A stretch of DNA of 61,590 nucleotides, counting the filler. It is 8 parts of 8 records of this genome, joined end to end, with 100 filler letters (N's around TTAATTAATTAA, not from the genome) between each part and the next. Parts side by side here need not be neighbours in the genome. Positions count along the whole stretch, not along the records: positions 14,369 to 20,784 come from SRR2962707_4411; positions 20,885 to 34,890 come from SRR2962707_4412; 6 more parts are not named here. One strand, written 5' to 3'. Under the pieces are notes generated by a model, which was not told the DNA's origin, searched no databases, and saw only the letters and a list, made by a program, of their open reading frames with translations. Each line of letters opens with the position of its first letter. The first letter of the stretch is position 1. Below, piece after piece: positions 18,866-29,100 of the stretch. Position numbers and translations under genes: made by a program.

Positions 18866-20784
18866 CCGCGGGTCTCCTCGGACGGCTCGTTACGGTCGCC
18901 TTTGCCGTTCAACGGCACGCCGGACAGTTTACGAACCACCACGTAGAACAAAGGAATAAAGAAAATGGCCAGGGCGGTGGCGGTGAACATGCCGCCAAAC
19001 ACACTGGTACCGATGGCGTTTCGGGCGCCGGAGCCGGCACCGCTGCTCAGCATCAGTGGTGTCACCCCGAGCATGAACGCCATGGAGGTCATCAGGATCG
19101 GACGCAGCCGCATGCGTGTGGCCTCCAGCGTGGCTTTCCACAACGAGTAGCCCTGGTCCTCCAGATCCTTGGCGAACTCGGCGATCAGAATCGCGTTCTT
19201 CGCCGATAGCCCGATGGTGGTGAGCAGACCAACCTGGAAGAAGACGTCATTTTCCAGGCCCCGGCCCAGCGAGAACAGGACCGCGCCGATCACACCCAGC
19301 GGCACCACCAGCATCACCGCGAACGGAATCGACCAGCTCTCATACAGGGCGGCGAGACACAGGAACACCACGATCAGTGACAGGGCATACAGCGCCGGCG
19401 CCTGGTTGCCGGACTGGCGTTCCTGGTAGGACAGTCCGGTCCATTCGTAGCCGAAGCCCTCCGGCAGATTCGCCGCCAAACCTTCCAGCGCGGTCATGGC
19501 GTCACCGGTACTGAAGCCGGGGCTGGCGTTGCCCTGGATGTTCACCGAGGAGACACCATTGTAGCGTTGCAACTGTTGCGGACCGTACTGCCAGTCGCCG
19601 GTGGCGAAGCTGGAGAAGGGCACCATCTGGTTGTCACTGTTGCGCACGTACCAGGTGCCGATATCCTCCGGCAGCATGCGGTCTTCCGCGTCACCCTGGA
19701 CGTAGACCCGCTTGATCCGTCCGCGATCGAGGAAGTCGTTGACGTAGGTGGAGCCCCAGGCCACCGACATGGTGTTGTTGATGTCGGCGATGGAGACGCC
19801 CATGGATTGCGCTTTCAGGTGATCCACGTCGACCTTGTACTGCGGCGCGTCGGGCAAGCCGTTGTAACGCACTTGTACCATCGACGGATCCTGGTTGGCC
19901 TGACCAAGCAACTGGCCCATGGCCTGGTTGAGCGCGTCATGGCCCAGGCCGGCACGGTCCTGGAGCTGGAAGTTGAAACCGCTGGCGACCCCGAGAGCGG
20001 GGATCGACGGCGGGTTCAAGGCAAAAATGATCGCCTCGCGAATCCCGCCGAAGTAACCCATGGCGCGACCGATGATCTGGTCGATGCCATCGGTGCTGAG
20101 ATCACGATCCTCCCAATCCCGCAGACGGACGAAAGCGATCCCCGAGTTCTGGCCACGACCGGCGAAGCTGAAGCCGGCCACGGTGAAGATGGATTGCACC
20201 GCGTCCTTTTCTTCCTCCAGGAAGTAGTACTCCATCTTCTTCAATACTTCGATGGTCTGCTCCTGGGTGGAACCCACCGGCAGCTGTACTTGCGCCAGCA
20301 TGATGCCCTGGTCCTCTTCCGGCAGGAAGGCGGTGGGCAGGCGGGTGAAGGTGAACGCCAGCACCGCCACCACGGCCACATAGATCAGCAGGTAGCGGCC
20401 ACGGCGGCCCAGGATCTTTTCCACCCTGTTGTGATAGCCATGGCTGGCACGATCGAAGTTGCGGTTGAACCAGCCGAAGAAGCCTTTCTTGTCCTCATGG
20501 GAGGCGTCCTGCTGCTTGAGCATGCTGGCGCACAATGCCGGTGTCAGGATCAGGGCCACCAGTACCGACAACACCATGGCCGAAACGATGGTGATGGAGA
20601 ACTGACGATAGATGGCGCCGGTGGAGCCGGGGAAGAACGCCATGGGAATGAACACCGCGGACAGCACCAGGGCGATACCGACCAGAGCGCCGGTGATCTG
20701 GCCCATGGATTTGCGCGTGGCTTCGCGAGGGGGCAAACCCTCTTCCGCCATCACCCGTTCCACGTTTTCCACCACCACGATGGC
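18862..20784 (-). CDS. AcrB/MexB-family RND efflux transporter (5' truncated)
   Basis: [43 protein letters not shown] and RLRPILMTS. Confidence 0.96.
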   Translation of the reverse strand, partial: AIVVVENVERVMAEEGLPPREATRKSMGQITGALVGIALVLSAVFIPMAFFPGSTGAIYRQFSITIVSAMVLSVLVALILTPALCASMLKQQDASHEDKKGFFGWFNRNFDRASHGYHNRVEKILGRRGRYLLIYVAVVAVLAFTFTRLPTAFLPEEDQGIMLAQVQLPVGSTQEQTIEVLKKMEYYFLEEEKDAVQSIFTVAGFSFAGRGQNSGIAFVRLRDWEDRDLSTDGIDQIIGRAMGYFGGIREAIIFALNPPSIPALGVASGFNFQLQDRAGLGHDALNQAMGQLLGQANQDPSMVQVRYNGLPDAPQYKVDVDHLKAQSMGVSIADINNTMSVAWGSTYVNDFLDRGRIKRVYVQGDAEDRMLPEDIGTWYVRNSDNQMVPFSSFATGDWQYGPQQLQRYNGVSSVNIQGNASPGFSTGDAMTALEGLAANLPEGFGYEWTGLSYQERQSGNQAPALYALSLIVVFLCLAALYESWSIPFAVMLVVPLGVIGAVLFSLGRGLENDVFFQVGLLTTIGLSAKNAILIAEFAKDLEDQGYSLWKATLEATRMRLRPILMTSMAFMLGVTPLMLSSGAGSGARNAIGTSVFGGMFTATALAIFFIPLFYVVVRKLSGVPLNGKGDRNEPSEETRG

Positions 20785-20884
20785 NNNNNNNNNNNNNNNN
20801 NNNNNNNNNNNNNNNNNNNNNNNNNNNNTTAATTAATTAANNNNNNNNNNNNNNNNNNNNNNNNNNNNNNNNNNNNNNNNNNNN

Positions 20885-20974
20885 CTTTTTGCAGATCTCC
20901 AGGTATTCCTCAAGGGAGTATTCCTCCTCCTGAGTCTGTTCATACCGGTCTTTGAAGTGCTGCAGAATGCTCAT
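20885..20974 (-). CDS. prkA: PrkA/YeaG serine kinase, N-terminal fragment (not in ORF track)
   Basis: Translates as MSILQHFKDRYEQTQEEEYSLEEYLEICKK, matching the typical YeaG/PrkA N-terminus; GAGGGG RBS upstream. Confidence 0.75.
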
Positions 20975-21194
20975 AGATGGCCCCTCGCTTACTCTTGCCT
21001 GTTATAAATTCACGCAATGTCCCCGTTGCTGTTTCGCCGCCTGTCCCGGCGGTGTGTCTGGTTAAGGAATGAATGGGATGGTGTTAAGCAGGTATACGTT
21101 ATCCGGAGGTTTCCGGCCTGCTTAATCTGAGCTTAGTTCAGAGTTCGGGGGTTGGACAGTGAGCAGTCAAATTAGGTTCATTAAATTATGTTAC

Positions 21195-21221
21195 GGGCGG
21201 TAAGCGAGGGACTTACCGCCC
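21195..21221 (-). terminator. Stem-loop downstream of tpm
   Basis: GGGCGGTAAG-N7-CTTACCGCCC perfect inverted repeat just beyond the tpm stop. Confidence 0.6.
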
Positions 21222-21232
21222 ATGAGCGAAGG

Positions 21233-21892
21233 TTATTTCTTGACGAGGGTAAATACGCTCTCTGTGGCGCCGTTTCTCAGGCCCCGGCGTTTGGCAAACG
21301 GGTTGTCACGGGCCATGTCCCGTTTCAGCACCTGGTTGATCTCATAATCCTCACCGTAGAGCCTGAACACTTCGTCGTCGGTAACGTTGAACGGAGGGCC
21401 CTGCATTTCCGAACTGTCGTAATCCAGCGTGATCAGCAGGATTCTGGTTTCGTCCGGAATAATAGCGGTGAGATGATTGACATAGCTCATGCGCATTTCC
21501 GGGGGCAGGGCGATCAGGGCAGCCCGGTCGTACACCAGGCGAATATGTTTGAGGTCGTCCGGCACCAGCTGGAAATAATCCCCACACCAGATCTGCAGGT
21601 CGTCATGGCGGAAGGTGGTAAAGGGTTCGCCCGGGTGAACGCTGGCTTTCTCCTGCGCTTCCTCGAAAAAGTCCTTGCAGGCAACCTCGCTTAACTCCAC
21701 GCCGATAATCGGATGCCCGCGATCGTGCAGCCACCACATGTCATGGGCTTTGCCGCACAGGGGAACGAACACGGCGTCGGTGCCGTTGCCTGCCAGTTCG
21801 GGCCAGTGGTCATGCAGGTACTGATTAACCGTGCCTTCGTGGAAGCCGATTTGGTCTTTTGCCCAGCGTTCGTGCCAGAATTCGTGTTCCAT
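21233..21892 (-). CDS. tpm: Thiopurine S-methyltransferase
   Basis: FWHERWAKDQIGFH, VFVPLCGKAHDM, GVELSE, YDRAALIALP and GPPF. Confidence 0.93.
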   Translation of the reverse strand: MEHEFWHERWAKDQIGFHEGTVNQYLHDHWPELAGNGTDAVFVPLCGKAHDMWWLHDRGHPIIGVELSEVACKDFFEEAQEKASVHPGEPFTTFRHDDLQIWCGDYFQLVPDDLKHIRLVYDRAALIALPPEMRMSYVNHLTAIIPDETRILLITLDYDSSEMQGPPFNVTDDEVFRLYGEDYEINQVLKRDMARDNPFAKRRGLRNGATESVFTLVKK

Positions 21893-21966
21893 GGGTAGCC
21901 TCCCGGAGATTGATCGTTTTCCTCAGTCTACCTTAATCTGTGGGGTCGATGAGTCAGGAGAAAAGT

Positions 21967-22902
21967 ATGAAAGCCGTTTTTCTGGATGCCGCAACGCTGG
22001 GCGAGGATGTGGATCTGAGCCCCATTGAAAACATGACCGGTGGACTGACCTGCCATCCGCGCACCAACCCCGAGCAGGTGATTCAAAGGATTCAGGGCTT
22101 TGATACGGTGCTGGTGAACAAGGTTGTGCTGGGCCGTGAACATTTTGAAGCCTGCCCGGAACTGAAAACCATCGCGGTGGTGGCAACCGGTCTCAATAAC
22201 ATCGATCTGGAGGCGGCCAGGGCCCACGACATCAAGGTAACGAACGTTACCAATTATGGCCGTTCCACCGTGACCCAGCACACCATGGCTCTCATCCTGG
22301 CACTGGCCACCCGGCTGCTGGATTACAACCGGGGTGCCCGCAACGGCCAGTGGGCCAAAAGCGATATGTTCTGCCTGATGGACTACCCGATTATGGAGCT
22401 GGAAGGCAAAACTCTGGGCATTGTCGGCTACGGCGATCTTGGCCAGGGTGTGGCGGAAAGGGCAAAGGCGTTTGGCATGAACATCGTCCTCGGCTGCCGG
22501 CCCGGCCAAGAGCCTGGCGAGGTGGATGGCTACCCGCGAATTCCGCTGGATGAACTGTTGGTGCAGGCTGACGTGCTATCTCTGCACTGCCTGCTGACAG
22601 AAGAAACCCGCAACATGATTGGCGCCCGGGAACTGGGTTTAATGAAGTCGTCGGCACTGCTGATCAACACCAGTAGAGGCGGCTTGGTTGATGAATCGGC
22701 TTTGGCTGACGCCTTGCGGAATGGCGACATTGCCGGTGCAGGCTTTGATGTGTTGACCGAAGAACCTCCCCGCAATGGTAACCCGCTGCTGGCAGACAAT
22801 GTTCCCAATCTGATTCTGACCCCACACTCGGCCTGGGCGAGCCAGGAGGCGCGGCAGCGAATTGTGGAGATTACGGCGCGTAATCTGGCCTCCAGGGCTT
22901 AA
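21967..22902 (+). CDS. D-2-hydroxyacid dehydrogenase (glycerate dehydrogenase/HprA-like)
   Basis: MKAVFLD after a CAGGAG RBS, ATGLNNID, GIVGYGDLG, LINTSRGGLVDE, DVLTEEPP and TPHSAW. Confidence 0.9.
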   Translation: MKAVFLDAATLGEDVDLSPIENMTGGLTCHPRTNPEQVIQRIQGFDTVLVNKVVLGREHFEACPELKTIAVVATGLNNIDLEAARAHDIKVTNVTNYGRSTVTQHTMALILALATRLLDYNRGARNGQWAKSDMFCLMDYPIMELEGKTLGIVGYGDLGQGVAERAKAFGMNIVLGCRPGQEPGEVDGYPRIPLDELLVQADVLSLHCLLTEETRNMIGARELGLMKSSALLINTSRGGLVDESALADALRNGDIAGAGFDVLTEEPPRNGNPLLADNVPNLILTPHSAWASQEARQRIVEITARNLASRA

Positions 22903-23198
22903 GAATTCCCATAGCTGCAGAACCTACATATTGCACATCAAAAAATTACCTTTTTTTACCTTTCAACAGAGGAAAACCAGAACTCTCTAGGCTATCTTTC
23001 CGCCTAACAGAAAGTTAATGGCGAATGGATACAGCGTTATCGCCGTGATGACCGCCCAGCGGTCTAACTTCATCAGGGAGTTCTGATGACCATCTTCGCG
23101 TTTAGTTGCCTTTTCAATTCGTACCAGAAAGAAACCCCACCAAAGACGATTGCAAGCGGACTTTCCGTCCCAGTGCCCCTGCCTGCTGAGTAACTGAC

Positions 23199-26100
23199 AT
23201 GAAATTGAAGCAAGCCATGAATGTATGTGCCGTTATTGGCACGTATGCCACTATGTTGTTTTCAGGCAATCTCTGGGCGAGTCAAACATCGCTTACCCAC
23301 CATGTAATTGGTGAATGGGATAACTCTGCCGCCGCTGCTCAGGCAGATCTGGGCTCGGAGCTGGTCATAATCGATCATGATGTGCCTGACAGTGACATTC
23401 TGGTTGGCGCTTTGCCCCCCCAGACCGCCGTGATTGCTCTTTCTAGTGCAAACACAATCGAAGAACTCAATGAAATTTTGGGTTCTTATCATGGTTTAAA
23501 AGCTATTTACCTGGTTTCGCATGGACAAAGTGGGGAGTTTTCGCTGCTGGGTCAACGAATTAACTTTGAGAGTCTGAGTCAGGCACCTGCTTTGGCTAAT
23601 GCGCTTGGGGGGGCCTTGGTAACTGGTGGAGACATTTTGCTGTATGGCTGCAGCATTGGACAGGGACAGCAGGGGGCAGACTTTATTGAGCTGTTTTCCG
23701 CAGCCAGTGGTGCTGATGTTGCGGCCTCTGTAAACGACACGGGAAGCTTTGCCAAAGGCGGTGACTGGGTTCTGGAATACAGTTCCGGCGTGGTTGAGGG
23801 GGGCACTCCCTTTGAGGGGTCTGCGCTCCGGGAATACTCATCGTTATTGGCGTCTGCTGTGTTGAATTACGCGGCGCAGCCAAGCACCAACAACGTAGCT
23901 GATTACGCACTGTCAGCATCGCTTACTGCTAATACCAATTTTACAATCGATTGGGGCAATGGAGATCAAGGCCCGGATACTTACACAAGTAGTCTGCTCC
24001 GGGTTTTCGGTGGTTTCGCGATTGCTCCTATCCAAGGCGGCACCCTCGGCGGCACCGATGGTATGGTTTTCAATGCGTCGACCATGGGTCTGCAGTTAAC
24101 TGCCAATAACAGTTTTTCTCTTGATGTTTTGAATCTTTATCGTCGGGCAGATACTTCGCCAACGAGGACGGAAGATTTCACGATTAAGGGGTTCAAGAAC
24201 GGAGCCCAAATCGTTCAGGACACGTTGACCTGGGTCCAGGCTCTTCAAAACAATACGACTGAAGTTTTCACGCGTGGGGTTGGCACCTGGGATGCAAACC
24301 CAGCCTGGGATAATATCGACAAGTTGGTTATCAGTTGGCCTGATCCGAGTTCTTTTGAAAATGCGTCCGCATATCAGGAAATTGCGGTCGTCAGTATTTC
24401 GGTTTCTGACCCCGTTTCCGGCAATAATGCTCCGACTGACATCTCCCTCGATTCGAGTACCATCACTCAAGGTGCCACCGGCCCTGGCGCGGTAGTTGGT
24501 AATCTCGCAACCTCCGATGCAGACACGGGAGATACACACACCTATTCCCTGGTAACGAATGGCACATCGGGAAGCGGTTCGTGCGGGGCGACTGGAGACG
24601 ACGAGAACGCCAGTTTCCAGGTGGACAACGCCAATGATCAGCTCGAAACCGCGGGTAGCCTCACGGCCGGAACCTATAACGTTTGCGTTCAAACTGATGA
24701 CGGCACCGATAGTTACCAAAAGAGTTTGTCGATATCGGTGGTAGTTGACTCGGATGGCAGCTTGATACCCGCTGGCGGGGTCATCGAGCCTGTCGGCCTG
24801 GACACTACCATCGATACGGTTGGCGAAGCGGTCGACCTATTCGATTTCACCCTCTCCGATGGCGGCACAAACGATGGTCTGCCGATGGCGGTTTCACAGG
24901 TGGTGGTGAACGTTTCCGGCACCAGTACAGATACCGAAAGGGCCAAGATAACCTGGCGGCTCAACGGCCCGGATGCCAGCAATGTGACCGGGACCTACAG
25001 CGCTGCTGCGGATACGATTACGTTTCCCGGATTGAGCATATCGGTTGCGGACGGGGCCAGCGAAACCTATACCATCAATGCCTATTACAATGACAACAGA
25101 GGACTGACCGAGGACAACACAATCATCCTGTCTGTGGATGGCGACACCGATCTGACGGTGGAATCCTCGGGTACCCAGATGGGGGGCACGTCTTCAGTAC
25201 ATAATGGAACAGGTACGGCCATTGATGTGGTGGCCACGCAACTGGCCTTTGTCACTCAGCCTGCAGGCTCGACCTCTGGCAGTGCTCTGAGCACTCAGCC
25301 GGTGGTGGCTGCGCGGGATGCCTTCGGTAATACCGATGTGGATTTCAGTGAAACGATAACGCTCACGGAATCCAGCGCGGGTGCCCTTTCCAATAGCGCT
25401 GCGTCATCCGTTTCCGGTGTGGCTACATTCACCGGTGTTATCTATACGGCTACATCGGATCAGGAAAGCTTCACCCTGATCGCCAATGATCAGGATAGCG
25501 TAGGTTCCGATCTGGTACCGGTAAACGCTAATGCGGTCACCTCTGATGTCGTAGCCACCAAACTCCTGTTCGATACACAGCCTTCACCCGCTTCGGTGAC
25601 CAGTGGCAGTTCAACTGCCTTCACTACGGTGCCGGTTATTCGGGCGGTTGATGCCAACGACATCACCGATACTGGCTATTCTACGAACATTATGATTGCT
25701 GAAATCAATGGCGCCGGCAGTGCCACGATGACCGGCACCGGCGACCTTGATGGCGATGGCTCAACCGTCACACTGGCACCTGGCGTTGGCGTGGCAACGT
25801 TCACCGGTTTGCAGATTACCTATACCGCCTCCGGAGCGTCGAACGAAAACTTCAACCTGCAGGCCTCCTCGGGCGGCCTGTCCAGCGCAACCAGTACTCA
25901 GCTGACCGCGAGCGTTACGCCGACGATCACCAGTGTGAGTGTGCCAGCCAATGCGACCTATGTGGCTGGGCAGAATCTGGACGTTACGGTCAATACCAGC
26001 GGAGCCATCACTGTTAACACCGCTGGTGGTACGCCGCGGATCGTGCTGGATATCGGCGGATCTACCGCCTACGCGAACTATCTCTCCGGTAGTGGCACCA

Positions 26101-29100
26101 ATAGCCTGGCTTTCCGCTACACCCTGCAGTCGGGTGATCTGGATACGGACGGTATTGGCATTGCAACGCTGGACACCAATGGCGGAACGTTGCAGAACAG
26201 TTCCGGGAATGACCTGGATACCACATTGAATGCCGTCGGCAGTACCGCAGCTATTCTTGTGGACGCTGTCAACCCGACTGTAAGCAGTGTCACCGTGCCC
26301 TCTGCTGGTCGGTATGTTGCGGGAAACAATCTCGATTTTACCCTCAACGTCAGTGAGAACCTCACCCTCAACACCGGTGGCGGCGTTCCACGTATTGCGT
26401 TGACGCTTGGGTCTACCACCCGCTATGCCAGTTACATCAGTGGTAGCGGCACCGCATCACTTGTTTTCCGATATGTCGTCCAGTCAGGAGACGAAGATAC
26501 CGATGGTGTGACGGTCGCTGCGGCCGTTGATTCGAATGGCGGAACGCTGAAGGATGCTGCCGGTAATGATCTCGTTACGACGCTGAACGCAGTAGGCGAC
26601 ACCAGCGCCATTCTGGTTGATACCGTTGCGCCAGCCGGCCACAGCGTGAATTTCGATGATAGTACGCTCAACGCTGCTGAAGCCGCATCGGCCAGTTTCA
26701 CCTTCATTGCAGCCGAGGTGGGCACGGATTACAGCTATACCATTTCCAGCACTGGAGGCGGTACTCCCGTGACCGGGTCGGGAACGGTTGCGACGGCGTC
26801 AGATCAGATAACCGGTGTGGATCTCAGTGGTCTGGCGGACGGCACGCTGACGCTTTCAGTAACGCTGACCGATACTGCCGGCAACAGCGCCGTCGCTGTG
26901 ACGGGTACTGCGACACTCGATGTAACCGCGGCTACAGTCACCCTGAGTACAGTGGCGCCCGCGGTTACCAATGCTGCCTTCGAGGTTGCCATTGTCTTTA
27001 GCGAAGCCGTCGATGGTTTCATGGTGGGGGATGTTACGGCGGTCAATGCCGCTTTGAGCGGATTCACTGGCTCCGGTGCAAACTATTCCGTTACCGTGAC
27101 GCCTTCTAATGATGGTGTTGTGACGGTTGATGTTGCCTCTGCAGTCGCTCAGGATGCCGCCGGCAATAGTAACGTTGCTGCAACTCAGCTCAGTCGCGTT
27201 TTCGACGGTACAGCCCCGGCCCCGGTCATAAGTACCGATGCGAACGCTCTGACCAATGGGCCGATCAATCTGACGATCAATTTCGGTGAAGTGGTCAGTG
27301 GCTTTGTATCAGGCGACCTGTCAGTCACCAATGGCAACGTGACGGCCTTTACCGACCAGGGCGGTGGCGTGTTTGACCTGACGGTTGAAGCGGCTGCCGA
27401 TGGCAATGTTGTGCTCTCTCTACCGGCTGCGGTTGCTGACGACGAAGCGGGTAATGCCAGTATCGCAGCCACGCCACTGACCATCGCCTTTGACGGTTCC
27501 GGCCCGACATTACAGTCATCTTCGCCTTCAGCGGGAGCCAGCGCCGTGTCGTACCAGAGTGGCTTGACGCTGACCTTTGATGAGCCGGTATTCGCGGTCT
27601 CCGGTGACCTGGTGTTGCAGGATGCGACTGAGGGTGTAGAGCACACTCGCATCGCCATCGACGGGGCTGGTGTGGTGATTGTCGGTGCGCAAGTAGAGGT
27701 TACTCTCGAAAAAACGCTGGTACCCACTCATGACTACTATGTCACCGTTGCCTCCGGAAGTCTGGAAGACGAAGCAGGTAATGCCTGGGGGGGAATACAG
27801 AACGATACCACGCTGAGCTTTACCGTCGGCAACGAGGCACCGCAGGCCAACAATGACACCGCTACGATCTCGCAGGATCAGTCGGTTGCCATTGATCTGC
27901 TTGCCAACGATACCGATCTGGAAGGTGATTTGAGCCCGGCGAGCGTGCGCATGACGACAGCACCTTTCCATGGGCAGGTGACCATCAACACGGGAACAGG
28001 CGTGGCTATCTACACGCCGGAGCCTGGTTTTAATGGTAGCGACAGCTTTGCCTATGTGGTCGAGGATCAGTACCGCGGCCAATCGGCTGCGGCGACGGTA
28101 GCAGTCAATGTTGTTGCAGAAGTGCGGGCACCGGTTGCCAGGGCGGATGTGGCAAATGGAGTGCCGGGTGACATCGTGGTGCTTGATCTGTTGGCCAATG
28201 ACAGCCCGGGTATCGGTGGGGTGAGTCTTGATAACGTCACTCTGACGCTTATTAACCGGCCGCTGAATGGCACTGCGGAAATCGCGAACGGCGAACTGAC
28301 CTACGTATCGGAAGAGGGCTTCGGCGGGATTGAGCAACTGCGCTATTCTCTGACGGATCCAGACGGTCGTGTCTCTAATGTGGCGGATGTCTGGATCAAC
28401 CTGTCTGACAGTAACCAGCCTCCGGTCACGCTGGACGATTCCGCTGAAACCCCAGCAGGTACCACATTGACCCTGGATATCCTGGCTAACGACAGTGATT
28501 CCGAAGGGGCTCTGGATCCTTCCTCGGTCAGTCTGATGAGCTTGCCTGCCCATGGCAGTGTCAACCTGGATGAGGTGACTGGCCGACTGACCTATGCGCC
28601 GGACGCGGGGTTCCGGGGCGAAGATCGACTTACCTACGTGGTCCGTGATGCTGAGGGGCTGGTTTCTCCGGTGGCTGAAGTGATCCTGGCGGTGGGGACG
28701 AACGAGGCGCCGGTGGCACGTGATGACCAGGTCCGTCTGGTCGGAGATAAGGTGCACGCGATCAGCGTCCTGGGTAACGATGGTAATGGCAGCGCATCGC
28801 TCGTGTCCTCTTCCCTGCGGGTTGTGAACACCCCCCTTCAGGGCAGTGTTGCTGTTGATGCCGCTTTGGGCCTGTTGCTGTATACCCCGGATGCAGGCTT
28901 CACCGGGACCGATGAACTCACCTACACCGTGGAGGACGATCAGGGACGGGTTTCTGCCCCGGCAATCGTGCGGATCGGCTCCGGAATCGTGAACAACGTG
29001 CCCGTAGCCAATCCGGATCGGTTCGTTCTGGAGGAGGACAGCTCACTGACGCTTGATCTGCTGACCAATGATCAGGATCTCGAAGCCGGCCTTAGCCGTT

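Noticed and set aside
19567-20832. Long antisense ORFs over the RND, OprM, porin, ADH and adhesin genes (e.g. 421 aa, 317 aa, 409 aa)
   Set aside because: These are shadow ORFs expected from GC-rich codon bias opposite well-supported genes; they have no motifs.
22965-23035. c-di-GMP-I (GEMM) riboswitch upstream of the adhesin
   Set aside because: GGAAAAC and CCTAA…ATGG fragments are present, but the P2 GNRA hairpin and the CGCAAAGC core are missing.
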